A DNA stretch of 63,348 bases, the filler included, from Trichosphaerium sp. ATCC 40318 (taxonomy: Eukaryota > Protista > Tubulinea): NCBI GenBank assembly GCA_038496445.1. It is 4 parts of 4 records of this genome, joined end to end, with 100 filler letters (N's around TTAATTAATTAA, not from the genome) between each part and the next. Parts side by side here need not be neighbours in the genome. Positions count along the whole stretch, not along the records: positions 1 to 23,145 come from JALMLS010000132.1; 3 more parts are not named here. One strand, written 5' to 3'. The position numbers and the translations under genes were made by a program. Below the pieces are notes generated by a model that saw only the letters and a list, made by a program, of their open reading frames with translations, had not been told where the DNA came from and made no database searches. Shown in pieces: positions 10,216-23,245 of this stretch. Within the stretch, counting starts at the first letter, position 1. The number at the start of each line of letters is the position of its first letter.

Positions 10216-13200
10216 ATGAGCAAAAAAGTATATCCCACAAGGCTGTGCCCCATGTGCCACAAAGAATTTTCAACACACAACTTTTCAGCACACTTGCATA
10301 CAAAAAGTCACCAGGCAAACGTTTTGGCGAAGCTGTGGGAAGTGCGCTCATCCAATAGAGAGCCACCGAACAAAAAAGCACGCACCAGCGATGATGTTGC
10401 TTACGATGAAGTGCTACATGCCAGTGAACAAGTTCAACAACAACAATTGATGCAAAATACCACAGAACCAGAACCTCAACCAGAACCTCAACCAGAACCT
10501 CAACCAGAACCTCAACCACAACCTCAACCACCGCTGCCATTAATGGAGCAAACATTCGTACAGTCAGACATGCTTTACGAAGCTGGTGATCTACTAATGG
10601 AAACGGAGACACAGTGTGTAGATAGGTGTTTAGCCGTTGGCAGGCCATTTCTCTCTATTAGCACTGCTTCATCAGAAGAGAAGGTCTTGTACCTTGCTAA
10701 AAAACTCCAATTGGAACAACAGCTGTCTAATGAAAACATGCAACTCTGGTTCAAATTTATATCGTCCGTGTCAACGCTTGTGGGAAACGCAGAAAACACA
10801 GAAGGTGAAAAGGCCTTCAATTATGAGCATTTGACAAACGACCGAGCCAACAAAGCCTTCAATCTGGTACTTCTCATGACCTCTTTTCCTCTTTTAGCTC
10901 ACTTGCTTTACCAGTACACTCCTACGATAGAGCTCAGCACCATGCACGTAAGGACCAGTGCCACAAAAACCAAAGAACTCTTATATGTGCAGCCGTCCCA
11001 GTATGTCAAGCTGCTCATGTCTCACCTGGTAGACAGAAATGCTATAAACGACACATCCAAGTATGGCTGCACTATACCTAGAGTGAATATGGACGGTGAG
11101 GAAGAGCAAATCCACGTGGTGGCCGGTCCAGAAACGGGAAAGCGCTATAAAGAACTTTTTGATGACGTTGAGAAGATAGAGGAAAACATCAGACTTGCAG
11201 GTACAACTTTTGTTGCAGTTTTTTTGTTCCCCTCCTCAAGCCAATGACCGTTGTGTAGCTTACCTGTGTCACGACAACTTCACTTACGATAAGAGAGACA
11301 GTCTAGGACCCTTGTATTTTGTTATATGGAACTTGCCTAACAGTGAAACAATGCAAGGGATAATGCCTTTGATGGTATTGCCGGCACAAGTGAACATGGA
11401 AGACGCTGCAAAGTATGTCGTTGACGATTTGAAATCGCTGTACAACGGCATAGAGTGTTACTCACAACCCTTGGAAAAGGTGAAAAGCACGTTTATTTCT
11501 TTCTTTTAACGACAAAATAGACTTTCAAAGTGTACGTCAGGTTGGAGAAGATATTGGGGGACATACCTGGAATATGCAAACTCTTGAGTACGGTCTTGTT
11601 ATTGTGTACTTTGCGTGCCATTCACCTCATTTTCTCAAAGGTATAAAGAACCACGCTTCGAAGATGCCTTGTAGAGTTTGCAAAGTATCCAGCAAGAACA
11701 TCAAACTAGGTATCATGGATGTTTGCGAGGATAGAAATATGACGGACACCAGAGTGTTGAAAGCTAGACTGAGTCAGGCGGAAGAGGAAAAGCTCAACAT
11801 CCTCTGTTTGAGAGCTTGGGTAATGGAACTTGTTTTTTGCCTCTGCAATTTATGCCCGTTTTCTTCTAAAGCTTGCATTTTAGAGTCCATTTTTGGATTT
11901 ACCTGGCTTTGACATCTACCATCACACCCCTTATTGTCCTTTTCACAATATCATTCTGGGAGTGTCTAAAGCTATGATCAGCGCCACTGTAGAACTGCTG
12001 CAACAGCGTATGGTAGATTACAAGAAAAAGTTGAGAGAAAAAGTAGCCTGGTACTTGCACCAAAAGCACGTGCACGTCATCAAGTAATGCAAACGGTTTG
12101 GTTGCTTTGCGCTCATGCGACTGTAGAACTAAGGACCTTTGGGACAGCCATGGAGAGCTTGATACTGAGCGTGGCTGGGATGGTACTGACTTCAAATCCT
12201 TTCTGCAGATGGCTTTGTTCGTTTTAAAACCGTATTGTACCAAGGACGAGATGTCCGTGTGGTGAGTGTAGTTTTTTGGGTTTTTTTGGCTGGAATGTTT
12301 GTGTGACCTTCTATTGAAGGAAAGTTTTCTTGGGTTATGTGGCCCTGATTTCTAAGGACTTTTTGCGTACAACGAGGTTGAACGAGTTCACGACCGAGGC
12401 TGCGAGGTTGTTGGACCTGATGCAAAAGCATTTGCCAGGTACCTGTCATTATTGTGGTGATTGGCTGCTATCTAACTCTATCTTCCATAGGAGCAAAAAC
12501 CTCTATACCCAACTTTCACGCGCTGTTTCACCACTCGAAACACGTCGAGATGTTTGGCATGCCCAAACACTACAGGTAACGGCATTCTGTTTGTTGGGTG
12601 CTGACTGGGTTTTTTTAAAGCACTTACGCTTGTGAATCCAGGCACAAAAGGATAAAGAACTGGAAGAACTCCACCAATGGCTTGCACAAAGAAAAGTGAG
12701 AAATATTAGGTCCGTGTTGAGCTGACGCCGATTGCTAGTGACATCATGAAGCGTGAGGCGGCTTTGTTTGCCTCTAATGTGGCTGCGGATCTGGCCACCT
12801 CATTGGTGAGTGTAGGAAAGCCACCTGCTGGTAGAAAAACGTACTTTGGACACGAGGTGACCGTGCCCAAGTTTTACAACATCCCACAGGCGTCTTGGAC
12901 TTTGCGTGAGCGCCCTATTCTCTCATTCTTTTGTTTGCTGATCTGTTTCACGCAGATAACGCTAAAAAAGTGCAACTCACAAAGCGACTGAGAGACATCT
13001 GGTTGAGGGACATTGCCCAGGAGCATCACAGACAACTGGATAGCAGCGTGGTGATGTATAAATCGGCCAAGTGCGAATCTAGAGAGATTGCTCTGTTTAC
13101 AAACACTGAGACTTGTTTCAAATCCTGGAGACCTATTCATGGTGAGGACAGAAGTAACTGCATTTATTTGGAGACGACCAACATTATAAGGATGAAAGAG

Positions 13201-13513
13201 GAAATTTACGTGTTTGGCAGGTAAAGTTGCTGTGCTTTTATTATAATCACATTGCTGCTGATAAATCTCTTTACAATGTAGGTTGTATAAACTGGTAAAT
13301 CAGATAGATAGGTATGACAAACTCACTGACTTGGTTATGTGCGTTGAGTGGTGTTTTCTTGGTTTTGTTGACATCAGTTGCAGGTTGGAGAGAGCTGGCG
13401 ACCTTGCTTGTGTACCTTTGAGCATGGTGTTTAGGCTTGCTTGTGTTGTGCCTGATCCTTGTGAACCTGAGCACTATTTGGATAACTACTATCAGCGTGC
13501 AATACCAAATTGA
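10216..13513 (+). mobile_element. CMC/EnSpm (CACTA/Plavaka-like) DDE transposase gene with N-terminal C2H2 zinc finger, multi-exon, apparently intact
   Basis: C2H2 finger CPMC...HLHTKSH. Catalytic-type motifs in order: YLCHDNF (D1), LGPLYFVIWNLP, VDDLKSLYNGI, ILGDIP (D2), PCRVC, LPGFDIYHHTPYCPFHNIILGVSK (C/DxxH), GTDFKSFLQM, PNFHALFH..HVEMFG, YACESRHK (E). Confidence 0.85.
10465..10530 (+). repeat. 12-bp tandem repeat encoding (EPQP)n linker in the transposase
   Basis: gaacctcaacca is repeated. Confidence 0.9.
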
Positions 13514-13579
13514 TGGCGATAGCTTTGTACATGATTACATGTAAGTTTAGAATAAAATTTCATGAGGCATGTTTTATTT

Positions 13580-13800
13580 GCCAAAAGTCGAATTCCATAT
13601 GAATTTATATTTTGACTTGGGGTTTTGTAAATGACCTATATTCTGATTCGATATGAAATCCACTAATCTGTGTATTTCCACAAGATTTCAGATAGAATTC
13701 ATCATGAATTCCATATTTGAAATTGGTACTGTTTGTCTTTCCAACGCCAGTATCACCAATAGTAATGACTTTGTACGATAGTTCTCTACAACTCAATGTA
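13580..13800 (-). pseudogene. Truncated Ras/Rab-family small GTPase fragment
   Basis: P-loop YKVITIGDTGVGKT, then an in-frame stop, then IHMEFDFW. The expected D-x-x-G (G3) and everything after it are missing. Confidence 0.5.
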
Positions 13801-14926
13801 AGCTATGGTAACAAGCCTAAAACCGAATGTACTGTTCTACATTCGACGTCTTAGTATTCGCTGGAGGGTTTGAAGGGGCTACAAATGCGTAAGTCAATCA
13901 ATTCATACACTTGATAGCCGCAAGGGTGGTGTACTGACTTACCTTTAATTTTTGTATCTTTGCTGCTTTTACTTCCCATTTATTTGATTTTAGTAAATCT
14001 TTGTTTTACGTTTCCAGTTTAAGATAATTGTTGGCTTGTTTAAGACAGGCTTCCAAAGAGTCCTCACTATTGGAGGCAAGAAGGCGCTCCTGTACATTAC
14101 AGGACAGTTTTATGATTTTCTGATACAAATTGGAAAAGCAGTTTTGTCTTCTAGCCCAAAGGCTAGTTTAACACGTGATTCAGAGGCGCAGTATTTTTTT
14201 TTGCACCATTTACCTTTGTAAAAATCGTTATCAAGGCTAGCGTGTGTATTGACATTTCTCTCGTCCGTTTTAATGTGCTGCTGTCGATTGTATCATCTAT
14301 TTTGGATTGATATTTATTACGGAATAACGAAATTGTTTGATAACAATAGCATCCTTCCTTCTCAAAGTGCAAACAAACAAGGACTACCATTAAATTGCAC
14401 TTATAATTTCCTGACAATGATCCTGATATATTCTTTTCAATGTGCACATCCAGATAAACTGAACAAAGTCAGAAAATGAAGTATTCCGTAATGTGAATCA
14501 AATGTATGTTATTAATAACCTGTAATGCTACTCAGAAGCGTTGTGAACACCGCCCTGCTTATAAGTTAACTTTATTCCACGTGATACTTGTATCAACCAC
14601 CAAACAAATTTTGACCAAGGCCATGTATGAGAACACTACCAACAGATGAAAAAAAAATACTGTGAACAAAAATGTAAGCCATTTGGCTGACTTTGTTTTG
14701 TTCCATTTGGCACGCAAATAGTTTTTGCTAAGCCATTAGCCGACAATCACAGGTATAGAATTAAAATTTATTACAGTAACTACACCTTGATGTGATTGCT
14801 GACAAGCGTTGATGTTTGATGTGATGCAATAAACTAATTTGATGAGCATGTAAGTACTACCAATGATGTACTTGGAAATGAAGCAGACTATTTTTTTCTT
14901 ATACTTATACTTGCGACATTTTTAGG

Positions 14927-16825
14927 TTACAGGCGATTCTGGTTTGCCTCTGGTAGTCGTTGAGTAGGCAGAGACGTAAAGGTTGGCAAGCTGGTTATTA
15001 TAGGTAGTGTTACTGGAGGAGCTTGTGGCTTCAATCCTGGTTGTTTTGCCGATTCAATAAATCCTGCTTGTAGCAATTCTGTTTGGTTTCTGGTCAGAGA
15101 AGGTGCTGTTACGCTTGGTTTTAATCGGGAAGGAATTGTTGGAGTATCTATCTTTGATTTGTTAGTTGGTTTGTCCTGTATATACAGGGCTACTGTATCT
15201 ATAGGTATTGAAACAAGCAGGTTTGGTGCATCAGCTATTTTTCGGTGTTTCTTGTTCGTTGTGGGTTGAGTAGTTGTATTATCCACTCTTTTCCTTTTGA
15301 GTGTTGGAAGTGCGTATTGGGTGTCAATGGCAGATAGTTCGTTTCTAATACGTTTCAGTTCTTCTTGATCTTTCTTATACGCAGCCATGCGCTGAAAAAT
15401 AGGACTACACTTGTGTTCTGTATGAACTCGAAATGTTTCTTTTGTTTCTTTGTCAACGCATTTGTCCTCACCGTCTTCATTGTGCTGGTTTAATGATTTG
15501 CTTTCATTGCCTATGGTATCAATTACTATGAGTGTTTGGAACAATGGTACAAATGAGAAAGGTTTCAAAGAATTATAGGATTGAAGAAAAAATGTGAGAA
15601 AAATAAGTTAATTGTCATTATTATTGTTCGTCTCACCTTTTGCATAGTCTTCCTTGTGACTGTCTAGATTATTTTGTAGTTCTTTTATTATAGAATCAGC
15701 TACAGGTATTTTATTCTTGCGTCTAGCAGTTTTGAGTGCTTTTGAGTACAAGTTGGCCAGTTGCATTGCTATTATATGTTAGTCGTAAGAGGCACCCTTA
15801 AAATAAACTCACATACCCAAATCGAATCGTGTTGGGTACATCTCTAAAAGCATTGCTTGAGCAGTGTACCCACAATGCATACAATTCCAATAGTATTTTG
15901 AGTAATTGATCTCCAGCCCATAGATGGTATCTTCAAATACACCTTTATTGAATAAAAGATCTAATTATAATTAAAATTCATCACAGCGTTGTAAATGCTT
16001 AGATCTCCCACGTGATCAGGTTTTTTGAACTCAAGACCGTTCTTTGATAAAAACTGTTTCAGCTAATTTTTTTGTTAGAAGCATTGTTTGTTATTTTCCT
16101 TTACCTTTTCCTGTACTTTGTAGGCATTAGAAAACATAGAAACGTGACTCTTTGCCCCAAAATTGTGCGAGAAAAAACGTTGGCGCATGGCCAAAAAGAG
16201 CTTGGAACAGGAACAATTATTCAAGAGAACAAGAAGATAATGAAAATAACATACTTGGTTTCTTGCCTTTTTGTTTTCTATGAAAACCATCGTACTATAT
16301 ATATACTTCAGTTCTGTGACCTAATACTTCACCCCCAACTCGTTCCATCTAATTTGTAATCAGTAAAAGATAGCAAGCCTCAGTAACACAACGCAGCATC
16401 ACGCTCGTAGGAACTAGTAAAAAAAGCATACTTCCTTTATGGCTGACAAATGCTGTTTAAACGCATCCACATCTTTCTGTATTACAATGTATGTTTTAAA
16501 ATACTCCTTGGCGTGTATATCAGAATGTACCTAGATTCCCTTTATTACACTCAGTGGCGAGCTGCTTCCATTCAGTTGCGGATAAAAAATCACGTGGAAT
16601 GAACTTTGTAACAGACTTTAGATCAATCTTGTGCTGTCGCGGTTTTGAGTGGTGTAACTTTAAGGCTTTATGAGCAAACTCGGTGATCTCTTCTAAAAGT
16701 CTACTTCATCTAAAACTCAAAATAAGACAGAAAGCACAAAAGAAAACAAAAAGCTAGCCTGAAAGTTCGCGTGACGACCCATCCGAGGCACACAAACTTC
16801 CATTCGATTCTCTCTCAATATCCAT
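14927..16825 (-). pseudogene. Unknown family member B; inverted, disrupted duplicate of the gene at 20415
   Basis: Near-identical stretches to 20415-22430 (RMAAYKKDQEELKRIRN; KGVFEDTIYGLEINYSKYYW). It has an indel/stop near 16690 and a 5-nt insertion near 15965. Confidence 0.7.
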
Positions 16826-17626
16826 TGTGGCTTTACTGTTTTTTGTCTGAGAGCAAGTTTGGAACAAGTGTACTTGGTTTGTCTGTATCGTATTAATTCA
16901 AGTTGTTACGCCTGAATATGAGTGAGTCAGTTTAAAATAGCGTACAATATCGAAATTACGTAAATCTCATTCGTACCTCTTTTGTTTGTTCCACAGTAGT
17001 TAATAAATTTAATGTGGTGCTGGTCGCAAAGATAATTACATGGTTTTTCTTATTAAATATGAAATGTCGCTTAACAACTCACGTTTACAATAAAACGTGT
17101 ATCTACACCAGGCCATGCAATTGTACTTATTACCTATAAAAACGAGGAGGTCATATGTGGTAGCAATCACGTGATTTATTTGACATGATTGGTCAACTTA
17201 CTGCAGTGACACAATCTTTTTAGAAATGACATTCTGGTATCTTTTTCTGAAAAACATTTTGTGTTTTGTAGCGTTGGCAGTAACGACAATAATCACGTGG
17301 TGCCTCTACCAATCAAAAAGGTTTTCAAATCGGAGCTTGCAACAGTCGCTTTTTGCCGTGCCTATTTTATGATGACTTAGCCATATTGAGTAATAGTTGA
17401 ACACTCTTGCAGGGCATGGATCGGTTGTTTAGTACAGGATGATTGCCTTTAAGTTGAGTTAAAATTTTTGCGTTTTTATAAAAACTACTATAATAACACG
17501 TGGTACCATCTCATCGCATCTAGCTACATAGTTTGTGTTCAGTAGAAACTAAACAATAAACGGTAGTGCAACAGATTCATTCAACGACGCTACTGTGCAC
17601 TTACCTGGTACTAGGCCTATTAAATA

Positions 17627-20013
17627 ATGGACAACAACAACAAAAACAGCAATAAAAACGTACACCAATCAGTTTTTTTTCTTTTTTTCTTCATATTAAT
17701 GCTGTTCAGGATGTAGATCACGTGATTCCATTACCAAGCCGCCAGTGTTGGATGATCAAAGTGCGTTTTAAATTTTAAACGAGTACAGTTTCCCTGGACT
17801 AAGTGTTTGGCCTTCTGTTCGCGAAACTGGGCTACAGCGTGTTGTATTTCGTAGAAACACGTGTGTTTTGGCGCCATTTGTCCGACATTTCCATTAAACA
17901 GCTCCTTCAAGTTGAGCTATAACTCTATAATTGTGAACGCTCAAAACAGTTCTAACCTTTTTTACAGGCAATGACCAGTTGTTTAACGAAGTTATGGCTT
18001 TTGCTAAAAAGGCCATAAAGATGCACAATTCGAAACCCAGGAATCCCCAGATTAACCTAAATGATGCCACACAATTCAAAGCATGTGAGTATTTATCAAA
18101 GGGAGAATGGAAAGAGCTTGTTAACAGTGATAACAAACTAAGTAAAAAAACTGAAAGACGAAGGTAAAATTTTTGATTTGTTTTGGTTTGGATTGTTCTT
18201 ATTTAACCTTACACGAAAATGAACTTAGTATACGAGATGCTGCAAATATGGTTAAAATGTATATCGTAATACAAAAAGATCTACAAGGGTTTAAAAAGCA
18301 CCTGAAAGAACTGAATGCAGTACACTTTTTTTTGTTATCACAGTGATATGGACACATTGCTTATGATTTTAGACTCGAACAAAAAGGGGAAACAAAGTAC
18401 CAGGACACTTTTTGAGAACCTATTCTGCAGCAGTCTTTATGAAAAATGATACAGCGAGAAAGCAGGTAGTGTTGGGTTTTTTTTTAATGTTTTACAAATT
18501 TATTTGTTTTTTAAGTTACTCGTTGCTCTCTGTAGATGCTTGTTCTCAGGGATAAATGCCCGCAATGGCGGAATGTTTTCCAATGCTCAAATGGCACAAG
18601 ATAAGGTACAGATAAGGAGGTTTTAAGTAGTGTCTTCAAAGGTATTGACGAAAAAATTAGTTGAAAGAGTTTTTGCACATGAACGGCCTTGTATTCAAAG
18701 AGCCTGAACAATTCAAGCCAGATAGCATATACAAGGCTGTTACAAGCTTCGATTTAGATCTGTTATTCAATAGAGGTGGCTTTAAAGACACTGTGTATGC
18801 GTTGGAGATATACGACACGAGAGTGTCTTGGAAGTCGTTACATTGTGGGTACATTGTTCAAGAAATGCTACTAGAAATGTACCCAACGCGATTTGATTTA
18901 GGTACTAGCCTCACGTGTTTTTTTCCCATCTTGTTTGCCTCATCTAAATAAACGTAGCAAAGCAGTTGCTTGAACATTACAAAAAAGCACTGAGTGTAAC
19001 GGATTGCAACAAAATGAAGACAGCTATCTTAACAAAAGAAAAACTACTAGCGCATGCGAAACATCAAGCAGAAGACTATGCTCAAAGAGAAAAAATGTAT
19101 ATAGCGAAAAAATCAATCAAACGAGAGAAGGAAATACAACAGGAGGGTAAGAACCGTGGTGACACAGAAGTTACACTAAATAGGAGATCATACATTGGTT
19201 TTTTTCCCTCTTTTCTTTCTTGATCCAGAAAACAAAACTAACAAGTTGTAGATCCTATGGACTGTGAAGATTCTAGAATAGGTGATCCAATATTGAGTCC
19301 TCCTGTTATTAAAGACAATCAAACTGTTCATGCTTGTTTTGAGTGGCTTAAACAAAATACAGGTAGTTAGTTTTTTTTTGTTCTTAAATGACTTCTAATA
19401 ATGGTTTGCAGTCATGGGTGAAATTTACAACTCTAAGAACCTGCAACAAAGTAATGAACAAGGAGAAGATCATGATGATTCAAGAATGAATGATTTGGAA
19501 CCTGAGCAAAATGTCTCTGAAGAAAAAAATGCAGAAAAGTCAGACCAAGACATTGTGATAAGAAAAAGAAAATCAAGAGTTACGGCAACTACAAGTACCA
19601 AGAAACAGCGAAAAAAACCACCATTGCGGTATACATTTGATGTAAATCACAAGGCCGCTGTACAAATTAAAACAGAAACGCCAGACACAGTACCAATTGC
19701 ATTCCTCGCAAAAGAGCAGTTGCCATCAACTCAACCAACAAATAATGACTTTGGCAATGGTACCTGGGATATATTGTTATTCTTTATGAATAATATCTCT
19801 GTAGATGGTTTACCCGACAATTTTGAAGAACTAGACACGGATTATATAATGGTAGTTCGTTTTAGTAAGTCATTCTTCTTTAATCACTGTTTTTTTATTA
19901 AAAAGTTGGATTAGGAGGCAAAAGCTATTTCAAGACACCAGCAACTAAGAAGTTTATTAAAGAAAAAGATCTACCGAATGTCAGGATCTAGAGACAAAAA
20001 GATTTATCAGTGA
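17627..20013 (+). CDS. Unknown family member C, multi-exon
   Basis: Exons EVMAFAKKAIKMH..EYLSKGEWKEL, MYIVIQKDLQGFKKH, SFDLDLLFNRGGFKDTVYALEI..SLHCGY..LLEMYPTRFDL, with a basic NLS-like stretch RKRKSR. Confidence 0.75.
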
Positions 20014-20414
20014 TAGCAATCGATCATGTCAAGTAAATCACGTGATTGTTATATAAACGTGGACTTCCCATCACTTTTCTTGAGCTTGCTATATCCGGTT
20101 ATCACCTTGCGTATGTTTGCTAATTTTTCCACTTTTGTCACGTGATCACTGTGTTTTAAATACAAGTTGTTAAGCGACAAATTGACAAGAATAAAACATT
20201 TCATAACGTTTACTCAGCGCATCACCTATTATTAAGCTATTATCTCTCTGCTGTAAGGTACACATGAGATTTATCTAATAGCAACACTGTACGCTATTAT
20301 AACTCACTCACTCAGTCAAATTCAGGCGTTACAAGTTAATAATTAAGAGGATACAGCAAACTGTCATATAGGAAAAAACCGTTGGTGTGAATTCTCAAAC
20401 AAAGTTAAAAGACA

Positions 20415-22635
20415 ATGGATACGGAAAGTTCGCGATCTCCTGATGAGTCGTCATGCGAATCTAAAGGCAAGTAACTGGTTTTTCTTTTGTGCGTGCTTAA
20501 GTGTTTGTGAGTGGTTTTAGGCGAAGCAGACTTTTTTGAGGACGTAATTGAGTTTGGTCGAAAAGCCATAAAGCTACACCACTCGAAACCGCGACAACAT
20601 AAGATTGATCTAAAATCCGCTACGATATTCCCAAGAGAATACTTGTCATCACGTGAGTGGAGGGACCTTGCCTCTGCATGTAATAAAAGAAAAAAATCCG
20701 GGTAAGTACAAACTGCTTGGGTTCTTACTTGCTAAATGGTTGCTAGTAAACCTAACAAGAACGACGCCAAGGAGTATTTTAAAACATATATTGTAATACA
20801 GAAAGATGTGGATGCGTTTAAACAGCATTTGTCCGCCATAAAGGAGGTAGGCTTTTTTGTTAAGCCATTACCAAAAAATCTTGCTAGTTTTATGGAGCCA
20901 CCCTCACTTCACGCTTACTGTTTTAGATGGAAAGTGATGGTAGTATATTTTACGGTCACAGTACTGAAGTTTATAGTAAGGCAGTTTTCTTGGCTAACAA
21001 GAAAGCAAGAAACCAAGTAAGTGCATTCTTTTATTTTTAGTGTTTTTGGGTATAATGTTTTATTAAAGTTGTTCTTGGCCATACGTCAAAGATTATTCTC
21101 AAAAGGTAATAGACGATGCAATAGCTCAATGTTTACAAACGCCCAAAACATACAAGACAAGGTACTGAAAAGTCATATAGCAACCCAGTTTGTAATTGAC
21201 AAAAAATTAGCTGAAACAGTTCTTAACTTCGAACGGTCTTGAATTCAAAAAACCTGATCACGTGGGAGATCTAAGCATTTACAACGCTGTCATGAACTTT
21301 GATTTAGATCTTTTATTCAACAAAGGTGTATTTGAAGATACTATCTATGGGCTGGAGATCAATTACTCAAAATACTATTGGAAGTCGTTACATTGTGGGT
21401 ACACTGTTCAAGCAATGTTACTGGAAATGTATCCAACACGATTTGATTTAGGAACTTTGTATTTTTCTTGTTCCTCGTTTGTTTTTTTTTGGCACTTACA
21501 AGTAATAGCAACGCAATTACTCGACATGTATACAGACGCATTGAAAACTGCCAAAACCAAGAATAAGTCAGCTGCTTTGATAATAAAAGAACTACAAGAT
21601 AATCTGGAAAGTCACAAGAAAGACTACACGCGAGGCAACGTGAAGAATACTGAACGAGCAATTACACCAAAAGGTAACTTGGTTTTTCTCACTTTTTTCT
21701 TCATATACGCATTTATAATATTTCCTAACACTCATAGTACCTTACTTCAGATATGAATCTGAATCATTAAGCCCACATGATGTTGAAGAAAGTGAGGACA
21801 AAAGTGTTGATAAGGATGCGAAAGAAATCATTTGTATTCACACAGAACCCAACTGGTACTATTTCTGAGCGCATGGCTGCGTACAAGAAAGATCAAGAAG
21901 AATTGAAACGTATAAGAAACAAACTGTCTGCCATTGATACCCAAGACACACTTCCAAAACTCAAAAGGAAAAGAGTGGTTAATACAACTACTCAATCAAC
22001 AATCAACAAGAAACAAAAAAGAGCACCGAAAATAGATATGCCTGCTACTTCAACGAATATTGTTGATTCAATGCAAGTTGATACAACACTAGCTCCTCAC
22101 ACAACTAACCAAGAGACCAACATAATAGACCTACCAGCAATGCCTCCCTTGATACAACCAAAAATTCCTCAAACAGTAAACAAATCAGCAAGATTTGAGC
22201 CAATGTTGCTTCCAAAATCACAAAATAAGACACCATTGCCTCCACTCACTTTGCCAACATTATCACCTCCGAGCATTCAACAAGTAATACCAGAACCAGA
22301 ATCACGTGTGACAGAAATACAACAAATGACAGAAGTACAACAAATTTCCTTAACAACCTTAAATGATGATAGCTCAAGTGAAGGTACAACATTTAGTATT
22401 ACACGCTTACTATACCTAATAAGTCTATAAAGAATTACCTGAAGACTTTAAGGATATTGGAGAAGATTATGTGATGATTGTTAGTTTCAGTAAGCAGCTA
22501 CTACTCTAGGACTAATCCATTGAACCATATTTTGAAAAACTGAAACTAAAACTTTGTTCAGGAGGCAAGTACTATAAACAAACGTCAAAAACTGGAAAGT
22601 ACATTGAAGAATGCATTAATCTGGACAAATGATGG
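20415..22635 (+). CDS. Unknown family member D, multi-exon
   Basis: Same exon and motif series as member C (NFDLDLLFNKGVF..SLHCGY..LLEMYPTRFDL). Has KLKRKR and a Pro/Thr-rich tail. 3' end approximate. Confidence 0.75.
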
Positions 22636-23145
22636 TAAACCACTGGACATGTTGTATTTACATTGTACTTAATATTAAGTATTGTGACTGTCACAAAGAA
22701 TTGCTTATAAAACCTTCAGTTTATTAATATTGAATTACTATCTCGTTATGCAAACACAAATTGGTTGGTCTACGGAATTGACCCGCTGGAGTAAGTTTAA
22801 CTGGTAATCTCAATTTTGGCACATTGTGGCCACAACCGTAGCTTCAGAAGACTGTTTGTATATCGAGATGCAAAAGAGACACTGTCTTCAGCGTGTGCTG
22901 CGTTTGAACTTTACCGTAAATCCTGGTAACCAAAAATATGAGTTAACATGATGCATCACATGTTTTGTATGGAACTTCAACACTTTGTAGGCACTCAATG
23001 TAGGTCATGGAGTTGACCCGGATTAGATAGAGAAAGAAGAGACGAGCAAAACAATTTATTGTTTGTGAAGAGCTAATGAGCTATTCCTCCCATACCACAC
23101 CATTTCTCTCATAATAACAGGATCAATTTCCTGGGCGTTATCACA

Positions 23146-23245
23146 NNNNNNNNNNNNNNNNNNNNNNNNNNNNNNNNNNNNNNNNNNNNTTAATTAATTA
23201 ANNNNNNNNNNNNNNNNNNNNNNNNNNNNNNNNNNNNNNNNNNNN
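23146..23245. other. Artificial contig spacer (N44-TTAATTAATTAA-N44)
   Basis: 100-nt N block with a six-frame stop linker, identical at three sites. Confidence 0.97.

Noticed and set aside
23146-23245. TTAATTAATTAA motif within N runs (also 49827-49926 and 62162-62261) as a biological site
   Set aside because: It is an identical 100-nt six-frame-stop linker used to concatenate contigs. Gene adjacency across it is meaningless.
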